Below are positions 1-9,717 of a DNA stretch of 64,000 nt, one piece after another; the first letter of the stretch is position 1; each line of letters starts with the position of its first letter. The stretch comes from an uncultured Acidobacteriota bacterium (GTDB lineage: Bacteria; Acidobacteriota; Thermoanaerobaculia; Multivoradales; SZUA-115). The stretch is taken from contig CAWDVR010000001.1 of the NCBI GenBank assembly GCA_963805975.1, forward strand, positions 768,001-832,000, in the 5' to 3' direction. The notes under the pieces are model-generated. The model saw only the letters and a list, made by a program, of their open reading frames with translations, was not told the DNA's origin and did not search any database. A program made the position numbers and the translations under genes.

Positions 1-1347
1 GGCGGCCAGCGCGCCATCCTGACCGACACCCGCGGCCAGGCCGCGGCCTCGATCCTCAAGTGCGCGGGCGCGGCCTACGACGAGGGCCGCAACCACAGGC
101 TGCTGGCGGTGGACGGTGAGCTGCTCGCCGGCCAGCACAAGCTCCACGACCCCGGCCATGCGATCTGGAGCTATGGCCTGCGGCCCGCGGGGAGCACCGC
201 CCAAGCGCGGCTGGACGGCCGGACCCACGGCATCGTGGCTGCGGTCCAGCGCGGGGCCGAGCAGCGCTGGTTCGTGGACGTGCTGGTGCGGGGCCTGAAC
301 AAGCTCGAGGCCCACAAGCCGGTGTCGCACTTCGAGACCGGCAGCGATCTGCTGCCGAGCGTGCGGATCTCGCCCTTCACCGTCACCGCCGGCGGCTTCG
401 ACCGCGTCCAGGCCAGGGTGGAGATCGAGCGCCCGCTCCTCGGCCTCGGCACGCTGCTGGCCCGCACCGGTCTCGCCAAGGAGGTGCGGATCGGCGAGGA
501 GCGGCTCGACCCGCGCGCCGCCACGCTCCTGGCGCTCGAGCAGGCGCGCCGCGGGCCGGTGATCCCCACCACCACCGAGACCTACCCGCTGTTCGACGAC
601 GGTACGAACGGCGACCTGGTGGCGGGCAACAACTACTTCTCGGCCCAGCTTCCGCGCGCCGCCTCGGCGGACGGCATGTACCGCTATCGCTACATCCTGG
701 ACCTCGAGAAGAACGGCTGCACCACGCGGCGCGAGCTGACGCAGTCGGTGTTCGTCGAGGTGGGTGTCGACCCCACGGCGAGCGGCGTACAGGCCACGCC
801 GCACCAGCCCGGGGCCGCCGGGGGCTACGACGTGACGCTCACTCCCCGCGACCGGCTGGGCAACCTCTGGGGCCCCGGCCGTCCCGGCGCCATCCAGTGC
901 CGCGCCGACGACGGCTGCCGCTGCGACGCAGGGAAGGTGACCGACCGCGGCGACGGCTCCTACGTGATCCCGGTGGCGGTCAAGGCGAACGCCCGGCAGT
1001 GCCGCATCGACGCCTTCGGCACGGTCTTCGACCTCGCCTGGAACCGCCGGCCGGCCTCCTGCGCGGCGCTCCTCAAATCGCTCGACAATCCGCGCATCGA
1101 CGGCGCACTGCGCAACAAGCTTCGCTTCAAGGTCGAGGCCGCCTGCGAGCAATGGCACGCCGTCGAGGGCGACTGGAGCCTGGCCACCACCCAGGCCAGC
1201 TCGACCCTGGCCGAGGTGCTACACGAGATCGAGTCCCACGCCGGCGCCGACCTGCCGGCAGCCGACGTCGCGGAGCTGAAGCGACGAGTGCAGGAGCTGG
1301 CGAAAGAGGGCGGGCTCGAGGTGGGGGAGGCGCATCCGCATCACTGA
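1..1347 (+). CDS. C-terminal part of a large modular, probably secreted protein (choice-of-anchor X-like motif, Ig-like segment, C-terminal helical FIMAH-like domain); 5' end outside window
   Basis: Frame is open from base 1. Contains LFDDGTNGDLVAGNNYFS, DRLGNLWGPG...VTDRGDGSYVIPV and a helical tail LRNKLRFKVEAA...LAEVLHEIESHAG. Confidence 0.6.
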   Translation, partial: GGQRAILTDTRGQAAASILKCAGAAYDEGRNHRLLAVDGELLAGQHKLHDPGHAIWSYGLRPAGSTAQARLDGRTHGIVAAVQRGAEQRWFVDVLVRGLNKLEAHKPVSHFETGSDLLPSVRISPFTVTAGGFDRVQARVEIERPLLGLGTLLARTGLAKEVRIGEERLDPRAATLLALEQARRGPVIPTTTETYPLFDDGTNGDLVAGNNYFSAQLPRAASADGMYRYRYILDLEKNGCTTRRELTQSVFVEVGVDPTASGVQATPHQPGAAGGYDVTLTPRDRLGNLWGPGRPGAIQCRADDGCRCDAGKVTDRGDGSYVIPVAVKANARQCRIDAFGTVFDLAWNRRPASCAALLKSLDNPRIDGALRNKLRFKVEAACEQWHAVEGDWSLATTQASSTLAEVLHEIESHAGADLPAADVAELKRRVQELAKEGGLEVGEAHPHH

Positions 1348-1384
1348 GCGGTGGAGCCTGTGACGCTGGCCCTCGAGTCGCGGC

Positions 1385-2663
1385 TCAGGTTCCGTCCACC
1401 ACGAGGCTCCAGGCGGAGAGGTCGCCGGTCTCGAAGCTGTCCTCGAAGATCGATGAGGGCGTGGCGTAGGCCACGAAGGCGCCGGTGCCCCACTCGATCT
1501 GGTTGTCGGCAGGCGGGGTGAGGGTGGCGGCGAAGGAGACGTCGCCCGCTTCGTTGATCGCCACTCCGCCGCCGAAGACCGGGCTCGAATCGTTCTGGTC
1601 GACGCGCGCCGTGCCGAGGTCGGTGGGCAGGAGGTCGTGCTCGCGGACCACGCGCGCGGAGCATGGTGCCGTCGCCCACGAAGACGGCGCGCAGGCCACT
1701 CTCGTCGAAAGCGCGGAAGGCGACCAGACCGGTCTCGTTGACGGCGGGCGCGAAGAACTCGAGCTCCGAGAGGTCGGGCCCGGACTCGACCGCGATGGTG
1801 ACGGTGGTCACTCCGTCGGACAGGAACACGCCACGCCCGCCGGCGACCAGGGTGGCGAGGAAGACCACGCGGCCGTCGTTGGTGAGCGCCACGCTGTTGT
1901 CGAAACGCGCGTAGGGCGAGGCGGCGTTGGAATCGACGTCCTCGGCGATCAGCACCGAGCTGCCGTTGGGTTCGAAGATGCGGATCTGGTCCGGCCGGCT
2001 CTCTGCGATCTCCCCCGCGGCGCCGAGCCGCACTTTGCCGGCGATCTGCCGCGCGTCGTTGAAGGCGGGGGTGAAGAGGAAGGAGTAGGGGCTCCCCACC
2101 ACGACGCCGGCTTCGGCGGCGTGGATCGGCACGGTGGAGGTGCCGTCGTAGGAGACCCAGGTCTGGCCCGAGCCCGAGAAACCGGCCCGGTAGCCCACCT
2201 GCCCGAGGTCGTTGATCGAGGGCGACCCCCATGAGGAAGCACCCAGGGGCAGGTTGGTGAGGAAGCCGGCGGTGTCGGTCTTCGAGTCGTAGGTGTAGAG
2301 GCCTTGGGGGCTCGAGAACGCCTCGTCCCACACCGCGACGCCGGCGTTGTTCAGGCCCACGGAGAGCACGAAGGCCTCCTCGTCGCTCTGGTAGACGATC
2401 TCCCCCTGGGCCTGGCCTCCGAACCACACCCCCTGGCCGGTCGAGCTTGGCAGCACCTCCAGGTCGAAGGCCATCTGTCCCAGGTCGTTCAGCCGTGGCG
2501 TGGTGTTCGAGAAGAAGGCGCTCCCCGGCAGGTTGAAGGCGCCGCTGAAGTTGGCTCTCGCCTGGAGCTCGAAGGTTTCGTAGGTCGGGACCTCGGCCGT
2601 GGCGCCAGAGGCTAGCGCCGTGGCGAGGAGAAAGCTGGAGGCAGATCGCAGGGTGGGTTTCAG
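1385..2663 (-). pseudogene. Secreted NxxGxxAF-repeat beta-propeller protein with IFEDSFETGDLSAW tail; frameshift at about 1651-1660
   Basis: Repeats NDLGQMAF, NDLGQVGY, NDGRVVF, NETGLVAF lie in ORF 1341..2474; NEAGDVSF and the tail lie in ORF 1385..1699. The frame extends upstream to a CTG at 2663 after GGAG and encodes a signal peptide (LKPTLRSASSFLLATALASGATA). Confidence 0.75.
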
Positions 2664-2759
2664 AAGGGGCTCCTTCCCGAAGACGTCTGGATCCTAGCGC
2701 AGCGCCGGGAGGGTGCCGTGCGCCCGGCCGCGGCACGCCCAACTGCTAAGCTTCGACAG

Positions 2760-5234
2760 ATGTCGTTGCTCCCGAAGCTGCCGGCTGCCGTGCTGGGCGC
2801 CGGCCTCGCCGCCTCGATCCTCGCGCCCGTGCTCTCGTCCGCGCAGCCTCTGGCGCTGCGCCTGCCGGTGCTCTCGCTCCGCGAGGCGGCGATCACGGTC
2901 GCCCCGACCCTTGCCGCGAGGCCCGATGCGAACGCCGAGGACGTCGCCGAGCCGCTACCCCCGAGCTCCGAGGTGCTACCGCGGGCGCTCGCCCTGGAAG
3001 AGGAGGCGGAGCGGACCCGTGCCGAGCTCGCGCAGTCGTTCGGCCAGGCTGCCGGGGACCCGGAGCTGGCGGAGCTCCAGGAAGGCTTCGCGCGCCTGCG
3101 GCGGCGGCTCGCCGCGGTGGTGGGCGAAGGACCGATCGACGGCGACCGCGTGGCGCGGCTCCGGGCGCGGGCCCGGAAGGCGGGCGCCCATCTCGAGCAG
3201 GAGCTGGAGGCCACCTACGGCCGCTACCGCCGGCTGGAGCAGCTCGCCTCCGACTGGGACGGCCACCGCGACTTCTTCGCCCGCTGGCAGGCGGCGCTGC
3301 TCGCCGACCCCAGCTACGGCTCGCTGCGCGACGAGCTCACCGAGACCCGCCAGCGCATCGAGGTCGTGCGCGCCGAGATCGCCGCCGCGGTGCCGGCGGC
3401 CCGCGAGGCGCAGCAGCGGGCGCAGGGCCTGGTGCGGGAGCAGCGCGAGATCGAGGTCGAGGTCGAGCGCACCCTGGACGAGTGGGAGGCGAGCCTGCGG
3501 CGCCCGAGCGGCCCGGCCATGGTCACGCCGGCCTTCCTGGCCGAGCTCGAGCAGACTCAGGTCCTCGAACAGATTGGGGTCAGCGTGCCTCGCGATACCA
3601 GGCTCACGCCCCCCGGGCTGGATGCCGATTTTCTGCGAGACCACGCGTTCACCCTCCTGCTCCAGATCGCGGTGGGCCTGCTGGTCGCTTTCGGAGCGCG
3701 CTGGCTGCACCACGCGGCAGGCCCGGAAGACCCCTGGCACGGCCTCCTCGCACGCCCCTGGGCTCTGGGCCTGTTCGCTGCCGTGGCCGGCTTCGGCTCG
3801 CTCTACGACCCGGCGCCGGGCGTGTGGCGACTGCTGCCGGCGGTGCTGCTCGCGGTCTCGCTGGCCCGCTTGGCCGGCGCCACCTTCACCCGGCCGCGCG
3901 CCCGCTGGGCGGTCTACCTGCTCGCCCTGCTGCACGTCGCCTTCGAGGGCGCGGAGACCCTGGGCCTGGCCGAGCCGGTGGCGCGGCTGGTGCTGCTCTC
4001 CCTGGCCCTCGTGCCCCTCGCCCTGCTGCTACCGAGCGTGCTCCGCGAGCATCGCGAGCACGACCGCCTGACGCTCTTCGGCGTGGCGCTGCGGCTGGGA
4101 GTGGCGCTCCTGGCGGTGCTCGCTCTGGCCGAGGTGGCCGGTTTTCATCCGCTGGCGCGCTGGTTCTACCAGGCCGGCCTGCGCAGCACGATCGTGATCT
4201 TCGTCACCTCCTTCATCCTGCTGCTGGCGGCCAAGCTCAGCCGCCTCCTGCTGGCCTCGCCGGCCGTTGCCCGCCGTCGCCTCCTGTCCCAGCGGCGCGA
4301 GGAGCTGGCACGGCGCTTCCGGCGCGCGCTCACGGTGGTGGTGGTCGCGGTCGCGGCGCTGTTCATGGCCGATATCTGGCACCTGGCGGACTCGCCGTAC
4401 TCGGCGTGGCTGTCGCTCCTACGCTGGAACGCGTCCTTCGGCAGCTACCGGGTGACCGCCGGGCAGGCGCTCTTCGCCGCCGGGGCGCTCTACCTGGCCC
4501 TGGTGGTCTCCTGGCTGCTGCGCGCCGCGCTCGACGAACGGGTGGCGCACGGCGGCGGCCTGGACCGCGGCGCCGGCGACTCGGTGAAGACCCTGATCCG
4601 CTACTCGTTCATCGTCGTCGGGTTCTTTCTCGCCCTCTCGCTCCTGGGGATCGACCTCTCGAACTTCGCGATCCTGGCCGGCGCCTTCGGCGTGGGCATC
4701 GGTTTCGGGCTGCAGAACGTGGTCAACAACTTCGTCAGCGGCCTGATCCTGCTCTTCGAGCGACCGGTGCGCGCCGGTGACTCGGTGGTGGTGGCGGGCG
4801 ACAGCGGGGTCATCCGGCGGATCGGCCTGCGCTCGACGGTGATGCAGACCGGCGACCGCGCGGAGATCATCGTGCCGAACAGCCAGTTGATCGCCGAGAA
4901 AGTGACCAACTGGACGCTGTCCTCGCGCTCCGCCCGCTTGGCGGTGCCGGTGCGCGTTGCCTACGGCAGCGACCTGCGCAAAGTGCAGGAGATCCTGGAA
5001 ACGCTCGCCCGGGAGCACCCCAAGGTCTTGCCGGAGCCCAAGCCCCAGGGCCAGATCGTGGCGCTGGGGGAGAGCGCCATCGCTTTCGAGCTGCGCGCCA
5101 CCGTGGCCGACGTCGAGCAGCGGGGGGACGTGCAGCACGACCTCATGGCCGCCGTGGCCGAGCGTTTCGACGCCGAGGGCATCGCCATCCCGTTCCCGCA
5201 ACGGGAGGTGCATATACAGAAGGAGGATGGATGA
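2760..5234 (+). CDS. Mechanosensitive ion channel, MscS family (MscK-like, long N-terminal periplasmic coiled coil)
   Basis: GVGIGFGLQNVVNNFVSGLILLFERPVRAGD, IIVPNSQL, VRVAYGSD, GIAIPFPQREVH; many transmembrane segments. Confidence 0.93.
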   Translation: MSLLPKLPAAVLGAGLAASILAPVLSSAQPLALRLPVLSLREAAITVAPTLAARPDANAEDVAEPLPPSSEVLPRALALEEEAERTRAELAQSFGQAAGDPELAELQEGFARLRRRLAAVVGEGPIDGDRVARLRARARKAGAHLEQELEATYGRYRRLEQLASDWDGHRDFFARWQAALLADPSYGSLRDELTETRQRIEVVRAEIAAAVPAAREAQQRAQGLVREQREIEVEVERTLDEWEASLRRPSGPAMVTPAFLAELEQTQVLEQIGVSVPRDTRLTPPGLDADFLRDHAFTLLLQIAVGLLVAFGARWLHHAAGPEDPWHGLLARPWALGLFAAVAGFGSLYDPAPGVWRLLPAVLLAVSLARLAGATFTRPRARWAVYLLALLHVAFEGAETLGLAEPVARLVLLSLALVPLALLLPSVLREHREHDRLTLFGVALRLGVALLAVLALAEVAGFHPLARWFYQAGLRSTIVIFVTSFILLLAAKLSRLLLASPAVARRRLLSQRREELARRFRRALTVVVVAVAALFMADIWHLADSPYSAWLSLLRWNASFGSYRVTAGQALFAAGALYLALVVSWLLRAALDERVAHGGGLDRGAGDSVKTLIRYSFIVVGFFLALSLLGIDLSNFAILAGAFGVGIGFGLQNVVNNFVSGLILLFERPVRAGDSVVVAGDSGVIRRIGLRSTVMQTGDRAEIIVPNSQLIAEKVTNWTLSSRSARLAVPVRVAYGSDLRKVQEILETLAREHPKVLPEPKPQGQIVALGESAIAFELRATVADVEQRGDVQHDLMAAVAERFDAEGIAIPFPQREVHIQKEDG

Positions 5235-7804
5235 TTCGGAAGGTGATCGTCTGCAACGTGGTGCTCGGTTTCGCCCTGGCCGGCTCGCTGCCGGCCGACG
5301 AGCCGGCGAAAGACGCCAGCGCTCTGCCCACCGTGGCGGCGAAGACCTCCGGGCTGACGGCCAGGCCCGGCCTCTTGACGCTCTACGCCGACGAGGCACG
5401 GGGCAAGCTGTGGCTCGAGGTGCCGCCGGCCGGCAAGAACGGCGTGGTGGCCGAGCTGCTGTACGTCGAGGGCATCACCACCGGCGTGGGCTCGAACCCG
5501 ATCGGGCTCGATCGCGGCCAGCTCGGCGACGGCCGGGTGGTGACCCTGCGGCGGGTGGGCGGCCGGCTGCTGATCGAGGAGCCCAATCTCTTCTTTCGGG
5601 CGTTGTCGAGCGATCCGCGCGAGGTGGAGAGCGTGCGTCAGTCGTTCGCCACCTCGGTGCTGTGGGGCGCCGAGCTCGCGGCCCTCGACGCGGACGGCCG
5701 CGCACTGGTGGACTTCACACCCTTCCTGCTGCGCGACGCGCACGGCGTGGCCGCGACGCTCAAGCGCGCGGGCCAGGGCGCCTACGCGCTCGACGCCGGC
5801 AGGAGCGCCGTGGACCTCGCCTCCTGCCTGGTGTTCCCCGAGAACCTCGAGCTCGAATCGCTGCTGACCTTCAGTGCCGCCGAGCCCGGGCGGCTGGTCT
5901 CCGACGTGCTTGCGACCCCCGAGCTGATCACCGTCACCCTCCACCAGTCCTTCCTCCGCCTGCCCGAGCCGGGCTACCAGCCGCGGCGCTTCGACCCCCG
6001 CGCCGGCTCCTTCTCGATCAGCTTCCAGGATTACGCGGCGCCGCTCGGCGCGCCCATCGAGACGCGCTGGATCGTCCGCCACCGCCTGGAGAAGGTGGAC
6101 CCCAGGGCGGCGCGCTCGCGGGCCAAGAAGCCGATCGTCTACTACGTGGACCCCGGCGCGCCCGAGCCGGTGAAGAGCGCGCTGATCGAGGGCGCCTCGT
6201 GGTGGGCGCGGGCGTTCGAGGCAGCGGGCTTCATCGACGGCTTCCGCGTCGAGGTGCTGCCGGAAGGGGCCCATCCGCTCGACGCGCGCTACAACGTGAT
6301 CCAGTGGGTGCACCGCTCGACGCGCGGCTGGTCCTACGGCGGCGGCCTCATCGACCCGCGCACCGGCGAGATGCTCAAGGGTCACGTCACCCTGGGGTCG
6401 CTCCGCGTGCGGCAGGACCGGCTGCTGTTCGAGGGCCTGCTCGGCACCGAGCACACCGGGAGCGGCGCCGACGACGACCCGACCCGGCTCGCGCTGTGGC
6501 GGATCCGGCAGCTCGCGGCGCACGAAGTGGGCCACGCGCTGGGCTTCTCGCACAATTTCGCGGCCTCGACCTACGGCGGCCGTGCCTCGGTGATGGACTA
6601 CCCGGCGCCGCTGGTGGGCATCACCCCCGCCGGCGAGCTCGACCTGTCCCGGGCCTACGGCGTGGGGGTCGGCGCCTGGGACGTGCACGCGGCGCGCTTC
6701 GCCTACTCCCAGTTCCCGCCCGGCGCGGACGAGGCCGGCGAGCTCGAGCGCCTGTCGGCGGAAGCGGTGGAGAAGGGCCTGCTGTTCCTCTCCGACGCCG
6801 ACGCCAGGCCCCTGGGCTCGGCCCATCCCCTGGCGCATCTATGGGACAACGGCAGCGACCCGGTGGCGGCGCTCGAGCACACGATGCGCGTGCGGGCGGT
6901 GGCGCTCTCCCGCTTCGGCAAGCGCAACCTCGCGGCCGGCCGGCCGCTCGCCCTGCTCGAGGAGGTGCTGGCGACCGTCTACCTCCATCACCGCTACCAG
7001 GTGGAGGCGACCTCCAAGCTGGTGGGTGGCGAGGACTACCGCTACGGCGTCAACGGCGATGCGCAGCCGGCGGCGCGGCCGGTCGACGGGGACACCCAGC
7101 GGCGGGCCCTCGCCGCCGTGCTCTCGACTCTCGCCCCGGCGGCGCTCGACCTGCCGGAGGAGGTGCTGGGGCTGCTCTTGCCGCGGCCCGCGGACTACGA
7201 GCCCTCGATCGAGCAGTTCGCCTCGGCCACCTGGCCGGCGTTCGACGCTCTGGGCGCGGCGGCCACCGCCGCGGACCTCGCGGTGGCGCCGCTCGTCGAG
7301 CCACGGCGGGCGGCGCGGCTGGTGGACCAGCACCGCCGCGAGGCCTCGCTGCCGGGTCTGGAGGAAGTGGTCGCGGCCCTGGTCGAGCGCGTCTTCGAGC
7401 GTACCCCCGCGCCGCCGCGGCTGACCGAGATCCAGCGCACCGTGCAGGCGGTGGTGGCTTCACGGCTGATCGGCCTCGCCGGCGACCGCTCGACCACTCC
7501 CGCGGTGCGCGCGCGGGTGGGTGCCGCCCTCGCCGATCTGCAACAGCGACTGCGTCTGCCGGTCGATTTGCTCGTGCTGGATGACGAGGGCGAGAGCGCG
7601 TTTCGCGCGTACCTGGCCGCCGAGATCAGCCGCTTCCTGGAGCGGCCGGCTGCACCGGTGGAACGAGTGCTGCCCGCGCCGCCCGATCCGCCGCCCGGCA
7701 GCCCGATCGGAGCGGCCACGGCGGGCGGCGGCCCGGGGTACGAGGCATGGCGCCTCGCGGACGACGACGGTTGCTCGCTCGGACGGATGGGGGATGGCCG
7801 CTAG
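5231..7804 (+). CDS. Secreted zinc-dependent metalloprotease (metzincin, DUF5117/DUF4953 type)
   Basis: Signal peptide; KKPIVYYVDPGAPEP; HEVGHALGFSHNF zinc motif; Met-turn SVMDYP; ATGA overlap with the upstream gene. Confidence 0.9.
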   Translation: MIRKVIVCNVVLGFALAGSLPADEPAKDASALPTVAAKTSGLTARPGLLTLYADEARGKLWLEVPPAGKNGVVAELLYVEGITTGVGSNPIGLDRGQLGDGRVVTLRRVGGRLLIEEPNLFFRALSSDPREVESVRQSFATSVLWGAELAALDADGRALVDFTPFLLRDAHGVAATLKRAGQGAYALDAGRSAVDLASCLVFPENLELESLLTFSAAEPGRLVSDVLATPELITVTLHQSFLRLPEPGYQPRRFDPRAGSFSISFQDYAAPLGAPIETRWIVRHRLEKVDPRAARSRAKKPIVYYVDPGAPEPVKSALIEGASWWARAFEAAGFIDGFRVEVLPEGAHPLDARYNVIQWVHRSTRGWSYGGGLIDPRTGEMLKGHVTLGSLRVRQDRLLFEGLLGTEHTGSGADDDPTRLALWRIRQLAAHEVGHALGFSHNFAASTYGGRASVMDYPAPLVGITPAGELDLSRAYGVGVGAWDVHAARFAYSQFPPGADEAGELERLSAEAVEKGLLFLSDADARPLGSAHPLAHLWDNGSDPVAALEHTMRVRAVALSRFGKRNLAAGRPLALLEEVLATVYLHHRYQVEATSKLVGGEDYRYGVNGDAQPAARPVDGDTQRRALAAVLSTLAPAALDLPEEVLGLLLPRPADYEPSIEQFASATWPAFDALGAAATAADLAVAPLVEPRRAARLVDQHRREASLPGLEEVVAALVERVFERTPAPPRLTEIQRTVQAVVASRLIGLAGDRSTTPAVRARVGAALADLQQRLRLPVDLLVLDDEGESAFRAYLAAEISRFLERPAAPVERVLPAPPDPPPGSPIGAATAGGGPGYEAWRLADDDGCSLGRMGDGR

Positions 7805-8696
7805 GAAGGCCCGACCCGTTGCGCCGGTGGCGCGCGCGCGGCCGGCGCGACGCTGGCTGCCGTTCGCCCTGGGCGGTGCGCTGGCGGCGGCCGGGCTGGC
7901 GCTGGCCGCCGGTCTCGGGCTCGGAGGCAGCCGTGCCGGCGAGACTCAGGCGGCTCCCCCGGCGCCCCCTCCGAGCTTGCCGAGGGCGGCTCGGCTGCGG
8001 GTGGAGGTAGTGGCCACCTACCCCCACGACCCGCAGGCTTTTACCCAGGGCCTGATCGAGAAGGGCGGCATCCTCCTGGAGAGCACGGGTCTCTATGGCG
8101 GTTCGGGCGTGCGCCGCGTGGAGCTCGAGACCGGCAAGGTCCTCGCGGAGGCGCGCCTGCCGCGCACGCTCTTCGGCGAGGGCTTGGCATGGGTGGACGC
8201 ACCGGGGAAGGCAGGGCGGCTGGTGCAGCTCACCTGGCAGGAGGGCAAGGCCTTGGTGTGGGACGCGGCGAGCTTCCGGCCCGAGGGCGAACATCAGTAC
8301 CAGGGCGAGGGTTGGGGCCTGTGCTTCGACGGCCGCCGCTTCGCGATGAGCGACGGCAGCGATCTCCTCACCTTCCGGGACGCCGACACCTTTGCCACGC
8401 TCTCCCGCGTGCAAGTCACGCGGGACGGCCTGCCCGTGGGCAGCCTGAACGAGCTCGAGTGCGTGGGGGAGGAGATCTACGCCAACCGCTGGCAGTTCGA
8501 GGAGATCGTGCGGGTGGACGCCGCCAGCGGGAGGGTGACGGCGACCATCGACGCCTCGGGCCTGCTCACCCCCGCCGAGAGAGACGGTACGGATGTCCTG
8601 AACGGCATCGCCTACCGTGCGAAGACCGGCACGTTCCTCCTCACCGGCAAGCTCTGGCCGAAGGTGTTCGAGGTCCGGTTCGTCCCGGTGCCGTAG
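7794..8696 (+). CDS. Glutaminyl-peptide cyclotransferase (glutamine cyclotransferase)
   Basis: YPHDPQAFTQGL, ESTGLYG, FGEGL, QLTWQE, EGWGL, LNELE, VLNGIA; N-terminal membrane anchor; ATG at 7794. Confidence 0.93.
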   Translation: MAARKARPVAPVARARPARRWLPFALGGALAAAGLALAAGLGLGGSRAGETQAAPPAPPPSLPRAARLRVEVVATYPHDPQAFTQGLIEKGGILLESTGLYGGSGVRRVELETGKVLAEARLPRTLFGEGLAWVDAPGKAGRLVQLTWQEGKALVWDAASFRPEGEHQYQGEGWGLCFDGRRFAMSDGSDLLTFRDADTFATLSRVQVTRDGLPVGSLNELECVGEEIYANRWQFEEIVRVDAASGRVTATIDASGLLTPAERDGTDVLNGIAYRAKTGTFLLTGKLWPKVFEVRFVPVP

Positions 8697-8701
8697 CGAA
8701 C

Positions 8702-8722
8702 AGGGCGCACCGCGTGCGCCCT
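8702..8722. terminator. Hairpin between convergent genes, probable terminator
   Basis: AGGGCGCAC-cgc-GTGCGCCCT, a perfect 9-bp stem followed by a short pyrimidine run. Confidence 0.6.
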
Positions 8723-8729
8723 TTCCCCT

Positions 8730-9080
8730 TCAGTTCGCCGCCACCGGTGCGGTGGCCTCTTCGAGGATCTCGAGATGGCCCCAGCCTTCGAGCTTCGCGA
8801 GGTCGATCTCCGCCACGCAGCGCACCGGCACTCCGTCGAGCTTCAGGTTGCCGGCCAGCTTCACCTCGCCCTGGCCGTTGTCGAAATCGGCCTTCGAGAG
8901 ATCCGAGTGCTGGTGGTCCAGACGGAAGCCGAGCTCCGTGCCGCCACGGGTCTCGGTGAACTTGACGTGGACGTAGTTGCGGTCGATCGCGGCCTTGAGC
9001 TCCTTCAATGCGTCGTCGCGCACGGCGCCGATCACCACCCGGTGCTCGCCCTTGGCCAGCTTGTACGGCAGTTCGCTCAT
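8730..9080 (-). CDS. Small protein resembling the C-terminal extension domain of long MbtH-like proteins
   Basis: YVHVKFTETRGGTELGFRLD...ADFDNGQGEVKLAGNLKLDGVPVRCVAEIDLAKLEGWGHL; GAGGAG RBS before GTG-ATG at 9083/9080. Confidence 0.65.
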   Translation of the reverse strand: MSELPYKLAKGEHRVVIGAVRDDALKELKAAIDRNYVHVKFTETRGGTELGFRLDHQHSDLSKADFDNGQGEVKLAGNLKLDGVPVRCVAEIDLAKLEGWGHLEILEEATAPVAAN

Positions 9081-9228
9081 CACAATCTCCTCTGTTGGAT
9101 ACACCTCGACGGCGGGGCCTTGCGTGCCCACCCCTAAGAAATGCGCCAAGCGCCCGGTTGGGGACAAGCCGAGCGTCCTGGCTCCCGGCCGCGAGCCGGG
9201 AGAATGGGCTAGCATAGGCCATACAAGA

Positions 9229-9717
9229 ATGCGCCTCGAGAGGAACCTGCCCTTCTGGCTGCTGGTCGCGGGCGCAAGCCTGTGGGTCGGCTCCGTGTTC
9301 CTGGCACCACTCGCCAGGGCCAACGGCTGGGCGGCGGGCTCCTGGGTCTACGCTTTCTTCGACCCCGTCTGCCACCAGCGGCCGGAGCGCTCGTTCGCCC
9401 TCTGGGGTGAGCCGCTCGCCGTCTGCCATCGCTGCCTCGGCCTCTACACGGGCTTCCTGGCCGGGCTCCTCGTGCTGCCCGTCTGGGAGGGCCTGCGGCG
9501 GCGCCTCCTCGATCGCCCGCGCCTGCTTCTCGCTTTCGCCGCGCCCATGCTCGTGGACGTGGCCCTCTTCGCCGTGAACATCCCGGCGAGCCGCTACGCG
9601 ACCGGCTTCGTCGCCGCGTTCCCCCTGGCCGTGCCGGTGTGGGCGGCCGCCAGCGAGCTCTATTCGCGCGCCCTCAGAGCGGGGGCGCGCCCTCGACTTC
9701 AGGGAGAAAGACCATGA
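9229..9717 (+). CDS. DUF2085-type membrane protein
   Basis: VCHQRPERSF and VCHRCLGLYTG motifs; hydrophobic. Confidence 0.8.
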   Translation: MRLERNLPFWLLVAGASLWVGSVFLAPLARANGWAAGSWVYAFFDPVCHQRPERSFALWGEPLAVCHRCLGLYTGFLAGLLVLPVWEGLRRRLLDRPRLLLAFAAPMLVDVALFAVNIPASRYATGFVAAFPLAVPVWAAASELYSRALRAGARPRLQGERP

